From Saccostrea echinata (lineage: Eukaryota): a stretch of DNA of 64,000 nucleotides. The translations under genes were made by a program, and so were the position numbers. A model generated the notes under the pieces. The model was not told the DNA's origin. It made no database searches and saw only the letters and a list, made by a program, of their open reading frames with translations. The stretch lies in the NCBI RefSeq assembly GCF_033153115.1, contig NW_026889754.1, forward strand, positions 14,880,001 through 14,944,000. The letters run 5' to 3'. Shown piece after piece: positions 61,301 to 64,000 of this stretch; the first letter of the stretch is position 1, and every line of letters begins with the position of its first letter.

Positions 61301-63157
61301 AAAACTTTTACCATGGCTATAACTTTTGAATGGTTTGTGCTAGGGCTTTCATACTTCACATATATAATCCTTGTGACAAGTCCTTCCTTTGGATACCAGC
61401 AACTTTGACCTTGACCTTGTCGTTTTACTTACTTTTAAAAAACTTTAACTTTCGCCATAACGTTTGAACAGTTGCAGCTGGGCTTTCAAATTTCACAGGT
61501 ATATTCCTCGAGACAAAACTTTTCTTTGGGTACCAACATTTTTTATCTTTTGGCCTGGATTTTGACTTGCATTTGAGAAACTTTAACCTTCGCCATAAGC
61601 TGCCATACGGGGGCATCAGTGTTTCACAAACACATCTTGTTCTTCCTGATATACACGCAAGGCATGATGCATGATTATGGTTTAGCTATTTGATTAAATA
61701 TTGAATGCTTTCAGGTTGCCCAGTAAAACATTATGGGAAAAACTGTACCTTTTGCAGTCAGAGATGTCGGGATCGACAGTGTGACGTATTTAGTGGTTCC
61801 TGTATCAATGGATGTAGCAACACATTTATGACGTCATCAGATTGTTGTATTATGCCATAGCATAAAATCAATTTTAAAAACAAATTGCTGCCATATCCTT
61901 TTGAGATCAATTTCAATAGATATAAATAATATAGTTTTTACCATCAGAAATGTATATTTAAATTCTAACAAGCCATTCTTTCAATCAGAGTTAATGCACC
62001 TGAAGTTGGTCTATTTTCACTAAGAAGGTTAAAGAAATAGATATTGATGCAAATGAAAGTTTCGCTTCGAGAAGATATTTTTCCTTCTATTTAATTTTCA
62101 TTTTTTAAAAAAGATTTCTTTCTCATTTTGTGAATGAGCATAAATATCTCCATTAAGAGGTCGTAATACCGTACTTGACGTCAAAATTGCGTAGTGCGAA
62201 CTGTCTGTTTTTAAGGGAGCCGACTGGGGTTTTTTGGTGTGAAAACTATAATAAAGAAATTCTTTTATTTATATAATATGTAATATACATTGACTTCAGT
62301 GTACATGCCAAGTAAAGGGAAAAACTATCGTCTAAGTATTTTTAGGGGTCGTCTCAAAATACGGGTACATTTACTATAGGATTAAATGGAAAGTGTTTAT
62401 GTTTTGCGCTTCGGGGCAAATTTTACAAATACTGTAATAGACTATTTGCTCAAATTATAATATTTGATGAGTAATACTACAGTGTTCATTATATGCAAAA
62501 AACACAAAATTTAACCGTCTGGTTTCCGGAGGGGGAGTCTCAAAATGTCAAAATTAACCAAATTTTCCTGTATGGAGTACTACAACATAAGACAGATGCT
62601 AAGAATTTTTACAGAAAATAAGAGAAAATAATTTTGTAATTCTCAACTTCCTNNNNNNNNNNNNNNNNNNNNNNNNNNNNNNNNNNNNNNNNNNNNNNNN
62701 NNNNNNNNNNNNNNNNNNNNNNNNNNNNNNNNNNNNNNNNNNNNNNNNNNNNNNNNNNNNNNNNNNNNNNNNNNNNNNNNNNNNNNNNNNNNNNNNNTTT
62801 GATGACTCTCTTTGAAAGAACTTCAGTACTATATAGTGTATCATAACATCAAAAACACACTACATTATGACGTCCATCTAGGTATCAATTGAAAAATCGT
62901 TTAAAAATTTAAGAAGATATCTAATTTTCTTTAAATTTTAGGCAACATATCTTTTTAGGAATGCTTTTTATGCCTTGTGATAAAATTAGTTTGAAAAATA
63001 CCGTTGTTTTGTTTTCACACAGCATGTGTAAAGGGACACTATGGAACTGTATGTGAAGAAACCTGTGGAAATTGTCTCACAGGAACAGACTGTAATCAGT
63101 ATTCTGGGATATGTCCTCAAGGATGTGTAGAGAATTGGCAAGGTCCCAAATGTGATG
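58398..63157 (+). CDS. Host multi-exon gene (5' part): signal peptide, F-type-lectin/galactose-binding-like domain, EGF-like repeats (MEGF10/SREC/receptor-PTP-like). Exons ~58398-58461, 59572-59805, 60090-60341, 61715-61846, 63023-63157
   Basis: MVEWFKLLCLLVVFVVATECF; ATQS...A.KAVDG...CS.T...AWW; IEICEV; GCP..HYG.NC; C.KGHYG..C...CGNC....C....G.C..GC...WQG.KC; phase-1 GT-AG junctions (exon 4 donor weak). Confidence 0.85.
59035..59305 (+). repeat. Minisatellite-like tandem repeat
   Basis: cagtaattatcagtatttatcag units, including an exact ~60-bp duplication. Confidence 0.85.
60385..61641 (+). mobile_element. Intronic Helentron-type element, same family as 47191-48157
   Basis: Same 5' tgccccc hairpin, ~145-bp repeats and 3' cgggggcat..gtgtttcacaaacacatcttgtt. 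Confidence 0.8.
62653..62797. other. Assembly gap (N run)
   Basis: Run of n. Confidence 1.
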
Positions 63158-64000
63158 GTAAATCAAGAAAGAATGATCTTCTATTTATGAGTTGCAAGAA
63201 TCATAACATGTGATAGGGTGACCAGGGTTTCATTATTGTTGTCGACACTGTTTCCAACTTTATATAATAACATGGGTAGTGGCTGTTGCTTAGTGCCCAT
63301 TATTAAAGGTGAAAGTCATGGGTCTTCTCGACAACAGATTAAAACGGACGTCCCATATCACAATAAAATATATTGATAAAAACCCCTCACCACTACGTGA
63401 TATGGTAAGATATTGCTTCTTTACTACGTTTCTGCACAAAAACCTTTTTTGCCTCGAGTCCTATATTTTAATTATTTTACAAAATCCAGCTACATCCCAA
63501 ACATCTGATGAAATAATAAATTGTTTATTAGGAACTAAAATAAGAGTACTATTAAATACAATAACAATAAGTAGTACATTGGAAACAGCTGATGCAGATT
63601 TATTCACGCAGTGATAATGAGTTGGGATAAAGAAAAAATGTCTGTGAATCAGCTTCAATCAAATTCGTATTTTACATCAATTAGAGAAGAGGGACACGAA
63701 CTATGAATGACCATTTCTTTCCTGGGTATATATAAATCCTCTGCATTAATGATGTATTTTGAAAAATCTACATCTGTTCTCTGGACATCTTGCAGAGAAA
63801 ATACATGCATAAACATTTTGCTCGATTCTTTAGAATATAATTATAAAATCCTTTAATATTTTGCAACATCCCTGGATAATCACCAAACAAGCATTATGCA
63901 ATGCAATGATGATCAGTGGGACTCTACATGTGTTAATCGTTGCTTGAGTTATTTGATGTACATAGTAAAGTAGCTAAAAGGGAGTTTTCTTAGTGAAAAA

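Overview
AT-rich animal genomic DNA. The repeat content and the host gene suggest a bivalve, probably an oyster (inference). The window is dominated by one complete endogenous Polinton/Maverick (adintovirus-like) element of about 23 kb at 17178-40129. It has AGTAGT termini, ~400-bp terminal inverted repeats (TIRs) and a near-perfect 6-bp target-site duplication (TSD). It encodes protein-primed PolB, a packaging ATPase, a retroviral-type integrase with chromodomain, penton, core proteins, major capsid protein and an adenain protease. PolB is disabled by two stops and a nested 613-bp MITE. The accessory cargo is unusually rich: a BIR-RING IAP, a TARG1-like macrodomain, a GADD34/ICP34.5/DP71L-like PP1-binding protein, a RING protein, a hidden double CCHC-knuckle terminal gene, and two tandem proteins resembling catalytically altered CRESS-DNA-virus Rep (HUH) nuclease domains. 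A CRE/AP-1 module from the TIR is re-used internally in front of accessory genes. The flanks hold Helentron-type elements with satellite arrays, tRNA-derived SINEs, MITEs with 5-bp TSDs, TTAA-flanked elements, LINE and transposase relics, an older Polinton polB relic, and the 5' exons of a host F-lectin-like/EGF-repeat gene.
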